The notes beneath the pieces are model-generated. The model saw only the letters and a program-made list of their open reading frames with translations, searched no databases and was not told where the DNA came from. This document shows positions 12,278-25,352 of a DNA stretch of 64,000 nucleotides, piece by piece (within the stretch, counting starts at the first letter, position 1; the number at the start of each line of letters is the position of its first letter). The position numbers were made by a program, and so were the translations under genes. Source of the stretch: Raja brachyura (Eukaryota); NCBI GenBank assembly GCA_963514005.1, contig OY740818.1, forward strand, positions 21,390,001 to 21,454,000, given 5' to 3'.

Positions 12278-12415
12278 AGTAGAATTAGGCCATTCGGCCC
12301 ATCAAGTCAATTCTGCCATTCAATCATGGCTGATCTATCTCTCCCTCCTAACCCCATTCTCCTGCCTTCTCCCCATCACCCCTGACATCTGTACTAATCA
12401 AAAATGTATCTATCC
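12278..12415 (-). mobile_element. CR1-clade LINE 3' tail
   Basis: gaattaggccattcggcccatcaagtc...ccttctcccc. Confidence 0.8.
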
Positions 12416-13714
12416 CTGATTTAGTCTTGATTAGTCTTCCATTAATACTGTGGAGGGATCCATCTCGATATTGGCTTTGAGATATAGATCTATCAACTAT
12501 ATCAGGTCATAATATTCTCTTCTCCACCTCACCCATTTCACTCCTGCCTCTCTTAATAAAGGGAGGTCATTCTGCACAGTTTCTATGCCAGCTCCTAGAG
12601 TAATCCCCATTCCCCTCTTATTTCAATTTAACTTCCCATCAAAGCAGATAACAAATCCCGATGGCATTGATTAGATAGAACTGCATAAAGCAACTTTTAA
12701 AAAGAGAATGTGTCTGTCCATTAAAACCTATGGTTGATATTAATAAATGGTGTGTTGGACTGTAGTTGGATCGATACTAAATCATAAAGTATTTTTTCCT
12801 ACAGCAGTTACTGATAATGTTAGACTGTCACCTATACTTCATTAGTTTGTGCAGTAATTGCTCTATGAACAGTTGCAAATTATTTGGATAAATTAACATT
12901 TAGAGAAATACTCAAGAGATCAACAATAATACTAGTAAATATTTATGCTTTCTCGTATTTATTTGTATAAACAAATTACTTGTTAGAATTATTAGTTGAT
13001 AATGAATGCTATATTTATCATTTCTATTAATGATTTTACAACTGATTTGCAAGGCGCTGAGCATTTTAGAAAGATTAGATCAAATCCTGACAACGGGCCT
13101 GAATTCTGATCCAAGCATACAACCTGGGTGTAGTTAGATAGGTCTAATTCATAGCGTCTGATCATTTTTCTAAATCTTATTGAAGTGATCACCAAGCATC
13201 AGAAAATGTCAGAATAACTCATTGAGCTCATTGCACTGTTAATAGAGGCCTGTGGCATTTTTGAAAAATGTTGCTCTTGTGCATTCCAGAGGATGTTTTC
13301 CTCAATTCTCTGGACAACAGCAGCAAACTCCCCAAAGCAGCTCGGAGCAATCTGTGGAGGTTGATTCTAACGTCAGTTGCTTGTTAGATTCAAACCCCCG
13401 CATTGATAACTCTTGGATTCATCTGCACATTGTCAAACATGTACAGCATTAGTTTGAGAATATGCAAGGTGGCAGCTTCACTGAGGATTTCGAATGACCC
13501 AGGCGGCTCTTGTCTATTTACGAGCTTGCCTTGCATTTATTCCCAGTTTATGTAATGACTAGTTTGCAGTTGAAAGCATAGAATTCTAAGAAAATGTTCA
13601 GCATTGTTCTCTGCTGCTACATTCCGTGAGCTTCCCCACTTCTTGGAGAGTTTTGCAGGTTATAGCAGTCGTCCAACTTGCCAGCAAGGCAAAAGACCTT
13701 GGAGAACATCTTGT

Positions 13715-13940
13715 TGAAACAAAGAACTGCAGATGCTGGGTAATGCATAGAAGGACACAAAGTACTGGGGAAACAGCAGGTTAGGAAGCATACATGGAGA
13801 ACATGGATAGGTGACGTTTTGCGTTGGGACCCTTCTTCGGACTCAAGAAGGGTCTCGATCTGAAAGATCTCCTATCTATGTTCTCCAGGGCTGTTGCCTA
13901 ACCTGCTGAATTACTCCAGTCCAGCACTCTGTGTACTATT
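13715..13940. mobile_element. Penelope-derived palindromic element (degenerate)
   Basis: Inverted arms around gacccttctt/aagaagggtc. Confidence 0.7.
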
Positions 13941-14629
13941 ATGGACAACATCTCTCTGGATATGGTCAGTTACAATCATTCAGATGTCAGGTGGAGCTGA
14001 ATTGATCCATTTCCACACAGAGTGTAAAAGCCCAACTGTTCACCCAGCAAGACATTGGGTAGAAGCTAGTGGCAAAATCTGCAGAGATAAACATTCAGAG
14101 GTGTGAGAAATCCTATAATCCGTTGGTGGCCCACATCCGAACTGTCAATACTTGATTCGGAGCCCAGGGCCGCAGACTATACTTGTGCTTTGCGGAAAAT
14201 AAGTAGACAGACATAAGCATGCTTTTTACTCTAACAGCAGTGTGAGTGTGTGAGTAAGAGTCTGAATAAGTTTAGTTGAGAGATTTTAGCATCGTGATTT
14301 AGTTTAGCCGAGAGGTACAGAATGGAAACTGGTTCTAAGGCCCACTGAGTCCCTGCCAACCATGGATCACCCATTAATTCTAGTTCTATGTCATCTCACT
14401 TTTCCATCCACCCCTAAAAATTAGGGGCAAATAAGAGGCCAATTAATCTACAAACACATACATCTATGTGCGCAAGTTTGGATGTTTTTGAGTGTGTGGA
14501 AACAGGAGAGTGTGAGATTAGTGTGCTGTATGAATGTGTGTGCAAGAGTGAATGCATTTGTGTGTGTACAATCAAAGGAAGTGTGAGATTAGTGTAAATG
14601 TGCAAATATATACAAGTGTGAATGTATTG

Positions 14630-14906
14630 GGACAGCACGGTGGTGCAGCGGGAGAGTTGCAGCCCCAGGGACCCCAGGTTCAATCCTGACTACGGGCGCT
14701 GTCTGTACGGACTTTGCACTTTCTCCCCATGACCTGCGTGGGTTTCCTGCAACGCTCCACGGACGTGCAGGTTTGTAGGTTAATTGGCTTTGGTAAAATT
14801 GTAAATTGTCCCTAGTGTGTGTAGGATAGTGTTAGTGTACGGGGATCGCTGGTTGGCGCGGACTCGGTGGGCCGAAGGGCCTGTTTCTGTCCGATATCTC
14901 TAAACT
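14630..14906 (+). mobile_element. HE1-like V-SINE
   Basis: gcacggtggtgcagcgg head, ggttcaatcc B box, V-domain, tail gggccgaagggcctgtttc...ctctaaact. Confidence 0.9.
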
Positions 14907-15165
14907 CTAAACTCTGTGTGTGTGCAAACAAGTGAGTGTGGGAGCGAGGTGGAGTGTGAGTGTGTGTGGGCTATATTTGTGCAGGTGTGAGTGTGTGTGT
15001 GTTGATGAGAAAGGATACACACAAGAGCAGGTGTGCATCTGGCATGTCTGAACAAATATCCATCTACTGTTCAGTGGCACCTTGTTCCTTAAGTAGCAGC
15101 ACCACCTGCTGTTTATTGTATTTATCTCAAAGTGGGAAGAGCCTGCCACTCACCAACATTTACTG

Positions 15166-15467
15166 CTTTAGTTTAGCTTAGTTTAGAGATACAGCGTGGA
15201 ACCAGGCCCTTTTGGCCCACCGAGTCCGCGCCGACCAGCGATCCCCGCACACTAACACTATCCTACACGCACTAGGGACAATTTTACATTTATACCAAGC
15301 CAATTAACCTACAAACCTGTATGTCTTTGGAGTGTGGGAGGACACCGAAGATCTCGGAGAAAACCCACGCATGTCATGGGGGGGACATGCAAACTCCGTA
15401 CAGACAGCACCCGCGGTCAGGATCGAGCCCGGGACTCTGACGCTCTACCGCTATGCCACCGTGCCGT
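15166..15467 (-). mobile_element. HE1-like V-SINE
   Basis: Reverse complement of the same family, near full length. Confidence 0.9.
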
Positions 15468-15943
15468 GACAAATAGGAAAACGTTTACAAGCTATGGTGG
15501 ATTATTAAAATTCACACACTGAGGCAATCCAAAATATTATTAGTGAGGGAAACCACGGCATTCTAATCGCTCACTAATTTTAAAAGGATACACTTCTATG
15601 CTTAGAGTGCACTGATGAACAATATTTATCTATTTTAAGATGACCTTCTTTGCAAAGATCCATTGCCTGACGGTTTCTGAATGACAGACAGTGAACAGCA
15701 GGGACCGAGTCCGTATCAGAGCAGTGTCCACACTACGCCTGGCACAGATTGCCGGCATTCACAGGTTCAATCCCTAAGTTACTGCTCTTACACAACACCA
15801 ATGCAGGACACCAAACGACCACGCCATTTTTCACCATTGCAAAATAGACAAGAGTATACAAGCCACCATCCAAACTTGGGCCCTGATAATATTCCTATGA
15901 ATTATGCTTTCCTTGTGCATTTTGTTAACGACTCCATTAAAAG

Positions 15944-16040
15944 GACTGAAGAAGGGTCTCGACCCGAAACGTTGCCTACTTCCATCGCTCCATAGATGCT
16001 GCCTCACCTGCTGAGTTTCTCCAGCATTTCTACCTACCAT
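15944..16040 (+). mobile_element. Penelope-derived terminal fragment with hammerhead-like motif
   Basis: ctgaaga-a-gggt-ctcg-accc-gaaa-cgtt at 15946-15973. Confidence 0.75.
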
Positions 16041-16639
16041 CTCATCTGCTGGGACTGTGGCTTCTTTGAGGTACTCTTCAGATACCAGCTTCACGCAGGG
16101 GTTATTATTTAAAAAAAACACAATTTTAAGGATTCTACTGCTCATAGAATATGTTTGGAGAGAGAGAGAGAGAGAGCGAGAGTGTGTGTGGAACAAGCGT
16201 GGAGAAAGGGGGAACTTTTGGCAGGCGTTGTAAGTACATCCAACAACTATTCTTGACGATTGGGTTGATCAGCACTTGGGGATTCAACATTTGGGAGATG
16301 CTACCCTACCTCCACTGTTTCACTCACAGTGCCCCTTCCCTGCTGCTCATTCCACTCCATCTGGAGAAATCCAGAAGGTCCCTGGGTTTACCAGTTATAT
16401 TACCAATTTGTGTAAACCAACAGCCTTGACTATCAATGCAGAGGTGCATGTTCAAATCCCATTGCGATGGGTGAGGAATTAAAAAAAAACGATGACCATT
16501 GGATTGTTGTAGAACCAATCACTAAAGTCCTTCAAAGGAGGAAACCATCCTACCTGGCCTGGCCTTAATGTGGATGTTCGGTAGCTTCCCACAAAATTGC
16601 CCAGCAAACCAAGTGGTTGTATCAGAACTTTAGTCAGAG

Positions 16640-16815
16640 GATAATTATCAGTGGATATTTTTAAGGCAGAGATAGACAAGTTCTTGATTAGAACGGGTGT
16701 CAAGGGCTATGGGGAGAAGGCAGGAAAATGGGATTAGCTGGCAGGGATCAGCCGTGATTGAATGGTGGAATGGACTCGATGGGCCGAATGGCCTAATTCT
16801 ACTCCCATAACTTGC
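16640..16815 (+). mobile_element. CR1-clade LINE 3' tail
   Basis: ggatatttttaaggcagagatagac...gggccgaatggcctaattct. Confidence 0.85.
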
Positions 16816-17794
16816 GTACTACCACGTTACAGCCTGGCTCAAGGCATGAACAACATTGCCAACAGCTTCTCAGGGTAGTAAAGGATGGGCAACGAATTTT
16901 AGCTTCACCAGTGATGCCTGGGTCTTGAATAATGAATGGAGAGAAAAAATGCAATCTACGACCAGCTCCCTGACAGTGGACAGATTGGCAGGAAACTTTG
17001 GTGTCTGGAAGCACAACATGGTCCGAATTTCCATTCTTGCTCAGTAATCAATCAACCTCCCCTTTGGTGAATTAGGAGTTGAGATAATACAGCAAAGAGT
17101 TTTATGATATCTCGGTTAAACCTGGTTTATAAATATAGACAATATAGATCACAACCCTAATACGTAACCTATAGTTGTGAAATCATAGCATCATTTGGAG
17201 GAGGCATAAAGGAACCATCCAGACACTAGATATTTCACCCAATTCGTTTTGGCTCCTGTTCTGTCCAAAGAGACTGAAGAATTGATTGATCAATATTCCA
17301 GACTGAATCTTGATTCTGAACAATTCTGATCACACCAATCTAATTGACAAACACCTTGCATAAAACAAGAACTAACTAAAAGAGATCATCACTGCACTCC
17401 GACTAGAAGGGTAAAGGCTAGATAAATGGAACAGAACACTGGGTTAGGGGGAGAACACGTGGGAACAGAAATCAAACAGGAGACAACATTTCAAGGGGAA
17501 TCTACTTGTGGCAAACCAATGACTTACTTGTGCTGAGATATCCATTATAGCCATATCTTGCTGAGGACAATGCAAAGAAATGACAGGTTTAGAGATGTGG
17601 AAACAAGAATCTTGTATCATGAAATGTCAACATGAAGCACAGGGGAAAAAAAGTCAAATACAGGGAAGTTTAAACCATTAAAGATGTTATGAACATGAAC
17701 TGCACCTAGTGCCAGCCAACACACGGCACCGTTTGATTTCGATTAAACCAAGTGATGATTTTACTAAACCAAGTAGTCACCGATGCATACACAG

Positions 17795-18445
17795 GGAACT
17801 GCAGATGTTGCAATCCTGAGCAAAACACAAAGTGCTGGAGGAACTCAGCACATCAGGCAGGATCTGTGGAGGGAATAGGTTCAATCAGTCTGGAAAAGGG
17901 TCCTGACCCAAAACGTTGCCTGTCCATTCTTTCCACAGATGCCATAAGTTCATAAGATATAGGAGCAAAATTAGACCATTCGGACCATCGAGTCTGCTGC
18001 ACCATTCCATCATGGCTGACCTATTCTTCCCTCTCAACCCCCTTTTCTTGCCTTCATCCCGTAACTTTTGACATCCTTATAAATCAAGAACCTATCAATC
18101 ACCTATTTAAATATACCCAATAACTTGGCCTCCACTGCCGTCTGTGGCAATGAATTCCACAGGTTCAAGAAATTCCTCCTCATCTCCATTCTAAAGGTAC
18201 GTCCTTTTATTCTGGGGCTGTGCCCTCTGGTCCTAGACTCTCCCACTGGTGGAAACATCCTCTCCACATGCACTCTATCTAGGTCTGACCTGCTGAGTTC
18301 CTCCAGTATTTTGTGCATTAGTCACTGATGCGCGATGTTTCCAAGATGCCTGAAGAAGGGTTTCGGCCTGAAACGTTGCCTATTTCCTTCGCTCCATAGA
18401 TGCTGCCTCAGCCGCTGAGTTTCTTCATCACTTTTGTCTACCTTT
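17795..18445. mobile_element. Composite: Penelope-derived palindrome interrupted by a minus-strand CR1 fragment (~17945-18285), followed by a second Penelope arm
   Basis: cacagatgc breaks at ~17943 and resumes as ctgacctgctgagttcctccag at ~18285. ctgaagaagggtttcggcctgaaacgtt at ~18350. Confidence 0.75.
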
Positions 18446-19740
18446 GAGATGAGGCAAATCAGTTATCCTGCTGACCAGGGGTTCTGGAGCCAGTTCCACC
18501 ATGCTTTACCTGGCTCTGCACCATTGAGGTGGCACATGCTACTGCCAAGCTTTGTGCATCGTATTGTCGTGTTTGGTCTGTGTGCCCTGTCTGACCCTTG
18601 GTCTCAGAAATGGTCCACTGCTTCTATGAGTGGTAAAGCAATGACATTTACCATTGACCATCCCCATAAGGATCTGGCTTTCTCTTCCATGGCCCTTGCT
18701 GTATTCAGGCACCTGGTCAAACAAATCCCCCATGTCCAAGTGCCTAACCTTCCAACTGATTAAAGAATTCTCACAGAACGCATACCTGGAAACAAAACGT
18801 TCAATTTTAAATTATTTTTTGAACATTATCCAGAATGGTGAATAAATATCAAAACATGCACGTGAATAAAGTTCGGAAAGCCCGTAAAAATACTCTTACG
18901 GTAGATCACACGTTAACGTTCATTTTACGTATTTGTCATGGAAACAGGCCTTTCGACACAACTTGCCCACACAGGCCAACATGTTCCATCTGCACTATTC
19001 CCATCAACCTGTATCGGTATCCCTCGAAACCTGTCCTATCCATTATTTAATGTGTTACGTACATATTAAGTGCATACCTATTAATTCATGTATTAAGAAA
19101 TTATAAATGTCATCGATAAAATGTTTTTAGGACCATTTACTAAGCACTAATTATGGCAGACTGCTATTAAAAATAGAGCTAGACCTCTTATAAATAAACA
19201 CAAGATTGTGAGGATATTTTGCTGAGGACTAACGTTGAGATTCGCATCAGTTGAAATGATGGCCCTTGATTTGAGTGGGGGAGGCTCATAACAGCGCACC
19301 CTGTAAAATGTGGATACATTGTCCCCAGCAGCTTCTTGTGTTGTACAACAAGGTACATGGACAGAAAACCCACAAAGGTGTTGTCAGTTTTGCTGAGGGG
19401 CCATCACAAATTCTCGTGAGATTAGTTATCATTGCTGCCCTAACCTCTGAGCCGACCACAGGGTATATAACAGCATATTACACCTTCAACACAGAGTCAT
19501 CGAGTTGCACAACAGAGAGACAGGCTCTCAGGCCCATCAGTCGATACCTGGCCATACAGTAGACAAAGAAGACTTTCACACCACTATGTACATGGGGGGC
19601 ATTAAGTGCCCTGTCTGTAACAAGTCTATTCAGCAGTACTTGGTCTGGTGAGAATGAGAATGCCTTGGAACGAGAAAGAAGAATTAGAATGAGAAATGAA
19701 ATGAGAATTAGAGATGGAATGAGAATGAGAAAAGGAATGT

Positions 19741-20640
19741 TAAATAGAATGGGAATCCCTGGGAAGAGTGAGATATCAGTGAGAAAGAGTGAGAAATAGT
19801 GAGAATGAGAATGGGAATGATAAATAGAATGGGAATCCCTGGGGAGAGTGAGATATCAGTGAGAAATAGTGAGAATGAGAATGGGAATGATAAATAGAAT
19901 GGGAATCCCTGGGAAGAGTGAGATATCAGTGAGAAAGAGTGAGAAATAGTGAGAATGAGAATGGGAATGATAAATAGAATGGGAATCCCTGGGAAGAGTG
20001 AGATATCAGTGAGAAAGAGTGAGAAATAGTGAGAATGAGAATGGGAATGATAAATAGAATGGGAATCCCTGGGAAGAGTGAGATATCAGTGAGAAAGAGT
20101 GAGAAATAGTGAGAATGAGAATGGGAATGATAAATAGAATGGGAATCCCTGGGAAGAGTGAGATATCAGTGAGAAAGAGTGAGAAATAGTGAGAATGAGA
20201 ATGGGAATGATAAATAGAATGGGAATCCCTGGGAAGAGTGAGATATCAGTGAGAAAGAGTGAGAAATAGTGAGAATGAGAATGGGAATGATAAATAGAAT
20301 GGGAATCCCTGGGAAGAGTGAGATATCAGTGAGAAAGAGTGAGAAATAGTGAGAATGAGAATGGGAATGATAAATAGAATGGGAATCCCTGGGAAGAGTG
20401 AGATATCAGTGAGAAAGAGTGAGAAATAGTGAGAATGAGAATGGGAATGATAAATAGAATGGGAATCCCTGGGAAGAGTGAGATATCAGTGAGAAAGAGT
20501 GAGAAACAGTGAGAATGAGAATGGGAATGATAAATAGAATGGGAATCCCTGGGGAGAGTGAGATATCAGTGAGAAAGACTGAGAAACAGTGAGAAATAGT
20601 GAGAATGAGAAATAGAATAAATAGAATGAGAATCCATGGG
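19741..20640. repeat. 80-bp minisatellite, about 11 copies, with internal ~10-bp periodicity
   Basis: Unit taaatagaatgggaatccctgggaagagtgagatatcagtgagaaagagtgagaaatagtgagaatgagaatgggaatga starts at 19741, 19821 (70-bp variant), 19891 and then every 80 bp to 20531. Confidence 0.98.
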
Positions 20641-21904
20641 AACTAAAATGAGGAAAGGAAAATAATTCTATTAGTCGGGCCATCTGTTTGCAGTACGATC
20701 AGAAAGAATTCTGACATAAACCCTTCAATCGTGATGTTTATCATTGAAGGAAACGTAACTGAAATGAGAAAATGAGATGTCAGAAGAGAACATGGTTCTT
20801 TGACAATCTAGGTTGTTGCTCCTGTTTGCTACCCTGTTCTGGAGATAATGTTAAGAGAAGAACTGCCTTGCTGAAGGTAGTGAGTTCAACATTGCTGCTT
20901 ATATTGAAGTAGCCTGGTCAGGTCACTGGTCCTAATGCAGGCTGACTGGAGGGAAGGGAACAGGAGCTGAATCTTGCTCCGAGCCTGCTCCAGATGAGAC
21001 CTGTGCCTCTCTGTAAAAGGTTTTGCATTATTCACAAAAGGTCACTCCTTGGGCTGAAGGCAGCACCCTGACAGAAATCTTCCCGGGAAGCCGTTCTTAT
21101 CCTGGCATCTGTCGCTAGGAATAGCGAGGAGGAAAAGGGCTCTGAAAAACAACTGTCTTGCATGTAAAAACATTGCAGGAGGAATCAACTGCCTGGTGGT
21201 AAGAAACTGTCAGGGTGCGTTTTATGACAACCAGCCACACTCAGGAAATGAAAACGCAAACATAATTTCCATGTCACCCTATATAAAGCCTCTGCTGAAT
21301 TCACAGCAGAAGATGCAGACAGCATCATTTCCAGCCTGTCCACATCACAACGATCCAATCACTGTTTCGGTTCTAGTGACCCTGGTAAGAAACACTGTGG
21401 TAACAAGTCATGCTAACAACTGCCTCCAGCAATAGAAAACCTCCCTCCCTCTCTGTAGCCTGCACAGGTTCCTTTCAAATGCCATTTTGACAGTAATATC
21501 TTGCTTCAGAATGCTTGCATGTTGTTAAGAATAGGTTTGGTGGATACGGGCGTGAGTGCGAGTGTTCTTCATGCTTTTAAACCCGTGATGATTTGTGATC
21601 TTCATGGATTGAAACCACGACAAGCAGCTCGGAGTCGCTTGGCTCCTTCACTACCAGAAACAGGCTCATACACCAACACGGTCAAAGTTGCCCTCTCCGC
21701 AGTTCGACTGTTTCACTTGGTCACACCATCTCTTCCTGACATTAACCTGCCGCTGTTCCATGAGGGAAAACCATACAAACCGACAAGTAGCCAGTCGGCC
21801 TCAGTTAGTGGGAACTGGATCCATGCTCCTAACTACCCTAAAGGCATTAACATCTTGGCTCCTTCCACTGTGTCAAAATATCCCAGACACGCTACCAAAA
21901 GGTG

Positions 21905-22070
21905 TGAGAAAGAACTGCAGATGCCTCTCCACCTATTTTTAATCTCTTTCCAGCTCCCTCCCACCCCACCCGACATCAGTCTGAAGAAGGGTCTCAACCC
22001 GAAACGTCACCCATTCCTTCTCTCCATAGATGCTGCCTCACCCGCTGAGTTACTCCAGCATTTTGTGTCA
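21905..22070 (+). mobile_element. Penelope-derived 3' fragment with hammerhead-like motif
   Basis: ctgaaga-a-gggt-ctca-accc-gaaa-cgtc at 21981-22008. Confidence 0.75.
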
Positions 22071-22082
22071 CACTGCCAAAGG

Positions 22083-22370
22083 AGGCAGCATGGTGGCGCA
22101 GCAGCTGAGTTGCCAACTTCCAGCGCCAAAGACCCGGGTTCGATCCTGACGATGGGGACTTGCCTGTACGGAGTTTATACATTCACCTCTTAACTTAACC
22201 CTTCTCTGAGATCTTCGGTTTCCACCCATAATTCGAAGACATACAAGTTTGTAGGTTAATTGGTATAATTGTAAATTGTCCTACTGTAGGATAGTGTTAA
22301 ATCGCAGGTCAGTGCGGACTCGATGGGCTGAAGGGCCTGTTTCCGCGCTGGATCGGTAAACTTAACTAAA
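22083..22370 (+). mobile_element. HE1-like V-SINE
   Basis: ggcagcatggtggcgcag head, gggttcgatcc B box, family tail. Confidence 0.88.
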
Positions 22371-23099
22371 GAAACTTAAATCATTAAAAATAAAGAATAT
22401 AAAATTTTAAACTGATATATTAATTTAAAGTCTGATGCAAGTTAATAAGAAGATTATTATTAATTAAAATAAAATTAGCTTTTTAACTTTCTACCGACTT
22501 ATTTACTGAAGACCAGCAGTCCCACTCACATCAATAGGTCACACTGGATGGGGTAAAGTGCAAGGCTGGATTAAAAGTACATTCACACATTTAGTTTAGT
22601 AAATTACAGATCGACCCTGGACATGATGGGGACAAGAAGTGTTTGCGTCTGAACTCCTGTGCATCCTGCACTTCTTGCATTGCAATGGCTAGGCACAGTC
22701 ATCCACAGTGTAGCAACATGGGTGTAGCAACTAGCCAACACTGCTCCAGGGACTGCTCTATAGACACTATCAGCGACATATCCCAATCATTCCCATTCAG
22801 ATTACATTCTTAGCAATGAAAAACGACCCCAAGATACTTCAAAATCTTATCAAACAAATAAAAGGACAGTAAATCACACAAGATGATGTTGGGACATTTG
22901 ACGCAAGCTTTGGTTAAAGAGGGCAGTTTCAAAGAGGACTTTTAAATAATTATAATCATTACTGCAAACGCAGATAGTTTTCTAAAATGTAACTTTCTTA
23001 TTGTAAACTTCCCAGGAGCACTGCAATCCCCAAACATTTGAATGGACTGAAGAATTCTCTGCCCTGTTCCGTTCAGGAACAAAGGATAGATTATTGGTG

Positions 23100-23232
23100 G
23101 ACAAGGGTGCTGGAGAAACTCAGCGGGTGCGGCAGCATCTATGGAGCGAAGGAAATATTTCCTCCATTCGGAGTTTCTCCAGCACTTTTGTCTATCTTCG
23201 ATTTCTCAGCATCTGCAGTTCCTTCTTGAACA
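23100..23232. mobile_element. Penelope-derived palindromic fragment
   Basis: gtgctggagaaactc ... gagtttctccagcac inverted arms. Confidence 0.7.
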
Positions 23233-23434
23233 TAGATTATTGGTGACTGCATGGTCCAAGTTCAGTGGTGTAGCCCAGCTGGAGAACTTGACCAGTATGT
23301 TCAGGTCTTGTGCGCTTATGCACCAGTCCTACACCTCACCGTCAATTAAACTGCCGAGCTGCTGACATGATCCATGCTCCTGAGTTTGCATTTCCACCCA
23401 TGAAACTCCTGATAGATCTTGCTAAATGAAAGAT

Positions 23435-23715
23435 GCAGCATGGAAACAGGGGCTTTGGCCCACCGAGTCCACGCCGAGCATTGATCACCCATTCACACCA
23501 GTTCTATGTTAATCCCACTTTTAGATCCACTCCCTACACACTAGATGCACAAACCCACATGTCTTTGGGATGTGGGAGGAAACCGGAGCGCCCGTAGGAA
23601 ACCCATGCGGACACAGGGAGAACATGCAAACTCCACATAGACAGCACTCGAGGTCAGGATCAAACCAGAGTCTCTGGTGCTGTGAGACAGTAGCACTACC
23701 AGGGCCACTGCACTG
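23435..23715 (-). mobile_element. HE1-like V-SINE (diverged)
   Basis: tgtgggaggaaaccggagc...tgcaaactccaca...gacagcac. Confidence 0.8.
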
Positions 23716-24859
23716 TTCCTGAATTCTAACATTAAACTACAAGAATAGAGTAAACCCCATAGTGCAACTCAATATAAGAATCACTTCTTGCCAGCTGTGC
23801 TAAGCATGCAGTCCACATGAATTAACGTTTTTGGAGATGGAGGAGAATCTACAGCAACAAACAATCTGCTGGAGGAACAACTCACCCAACGTCTGTGGGA
23901 GGGAGGCATTGTCCTGACAAAGAGTTTTGATAAAGACGTTGACCATTCCTTTCCGCCCAAATATGCTGCTGGGCCCACTGCGTTCCTCCAGCCAATTGCT
24001 GTTCCTGTTAACTGTTTACCCTTGTGGATTTGCAGTGGACCAACATGGTATCGCAAGGAGCAGATGCAACAAGCCTGGCTTCCAGCAGAGGAAACCAAAG
24101 AGATGCGAGTTGAGCTCTCAATATCATTGTGCAATGTGCCCTCAAGCATGGACATGCTGTTCTCTGTGTCTAAGTTTGCATTCCTATTATGACCTTGATC
24201 ACACTGGAAAGTCGTGCGATGTGCCTGCTTTGCTACAGCACACATCTTCAGAAATGTTTGGTCTGCCAGCTGACAGTCTTGTCCATCAGGAACAGCCAAG
24301 TGCTCTCGTTGCCAAACAGTCACATTACTTCAGCCTGTTGATCCAAGGCCAAGACAAATAGCAAAAGCAATTAGTGGCAATTCGAAATGACAGCAGAAAT
24401 TAAACCTTCATAGTTTGACACCGAGGAGTAGCAGTTCTACTTCACCTGTGCCAGAGCATTGGTGGCAGCAAACAGAGAGGCATTTAAGTAAAGGTGCCAG
24501 CAAGCACCGCATCAACATGGGAACAATATTGCTGCAAACGGTCTGATAACGTCAAGGTGAACACCTGGGAAATTAAAACCAGGCGAGGTGTTAGGAACAG
24601 TGTCGCGCTGTAGATAGTGAGTACAGGTATCCATCCCGAGAGAGAATGATGAAAACAGACTACATTGAACAATGAAGAATGGGCTGAGACAACTCAAGTT
24701 GCATTGGAAGAATCTTCTAAGTAACACCTCTACATCTCTGTTGGAAAGGAATGACATGTACAAAGACAGTTCCAGCAGCACAACTGGCAAATTCTGCACA
24801 GCCAGATGCAACAGTTGTCTGCTCAAAGCCCAGGATAATTACAACCCAGGCCATCACGC

Positions 24860-25035
24860 AGACCAGATTTTCCACCATCAACTCCATCTACACTTCACGC
24901 TGCCTCAGAAAAGCAGCCAATACAATTAACAACTGGTCGCACCCCTGTCAGTCCTTATTCTCCATGCTCCCGTCTAGCAGAAGGTACTGAACCTTGAGAG
25001 AGGTGCACACCTGACTCAGGAACAGCTTTTCGCCT
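24860..25035 (+). mobile_element. Rex-Babar-type LINE 3' fragment
   Basis: Decayed SIYTSRCLRKAANTI..SHP..SLFSMLPSSRRY motif followed by ctcaggaacagcttt, typical of Rex1/Babar ORF ends from recall. Confidence 0.65.
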
Positions 25036-25087
25036 TTTCCCCCAAACACGTGCTGTTTGACCCGCTTTGTTCCCCCAAAGACATGAC

Positions 25088-25352
25088 TTTAGAATTAAGG
25101 GACAGAAGTTTAGGGGGAACTTCTTTACTCAGAGTGGTAGCGGTGTGGAATGAGCTTCCAGTGGAAGTGGTGGCGGCAGGTTCGTTGGTATCATTTAAAA
25201 ATAAATTGGATAGGCATATGGATGAGAAGGGTATGGAGGGTTATGGTATGAGTGCAGGCAGGTGGGACTAAGGGAAAAAAGTTGTTCGGCACGGACTTGA
25301 AGGGCCGAGATGGCCTGTTTCCGTGCTGTAATTGTTATATGGTTATATGGTT
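25088..25352 (+). mobile_element. CR1-clade LINE 3' fragment
   Basis: Encodes RVVAVWNELPVEVVAAGSLVSFKNKLDRHM; tail gttatatggttatatgg. Confidence 0.88.

Noticed and set aside
14630-14700. tRNA-like A and B boxes (also at other HE1 copies)
   Set aside because: These are SINE heads continuing into the V-domain and LINE tail, not tRNA genes.
19741-20640. Regular repeats as a possible CRISPR array
   Set aside because: No unique spacers, no cas genes, and the DNA is vertebrate intron; it is a tandem minisatellite.
21501-22193. Longest ORF in the track (230 aa)
   Set aside because: Runs through Penelope and HE1 SINE remnants, antisense to KCNMA1, with no recognisable domain.
23781-24361. Overlapping 180-aa and 144-aa ORFs
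   Set aside because: No homology recognised and no convincing splice sites or phase fit.
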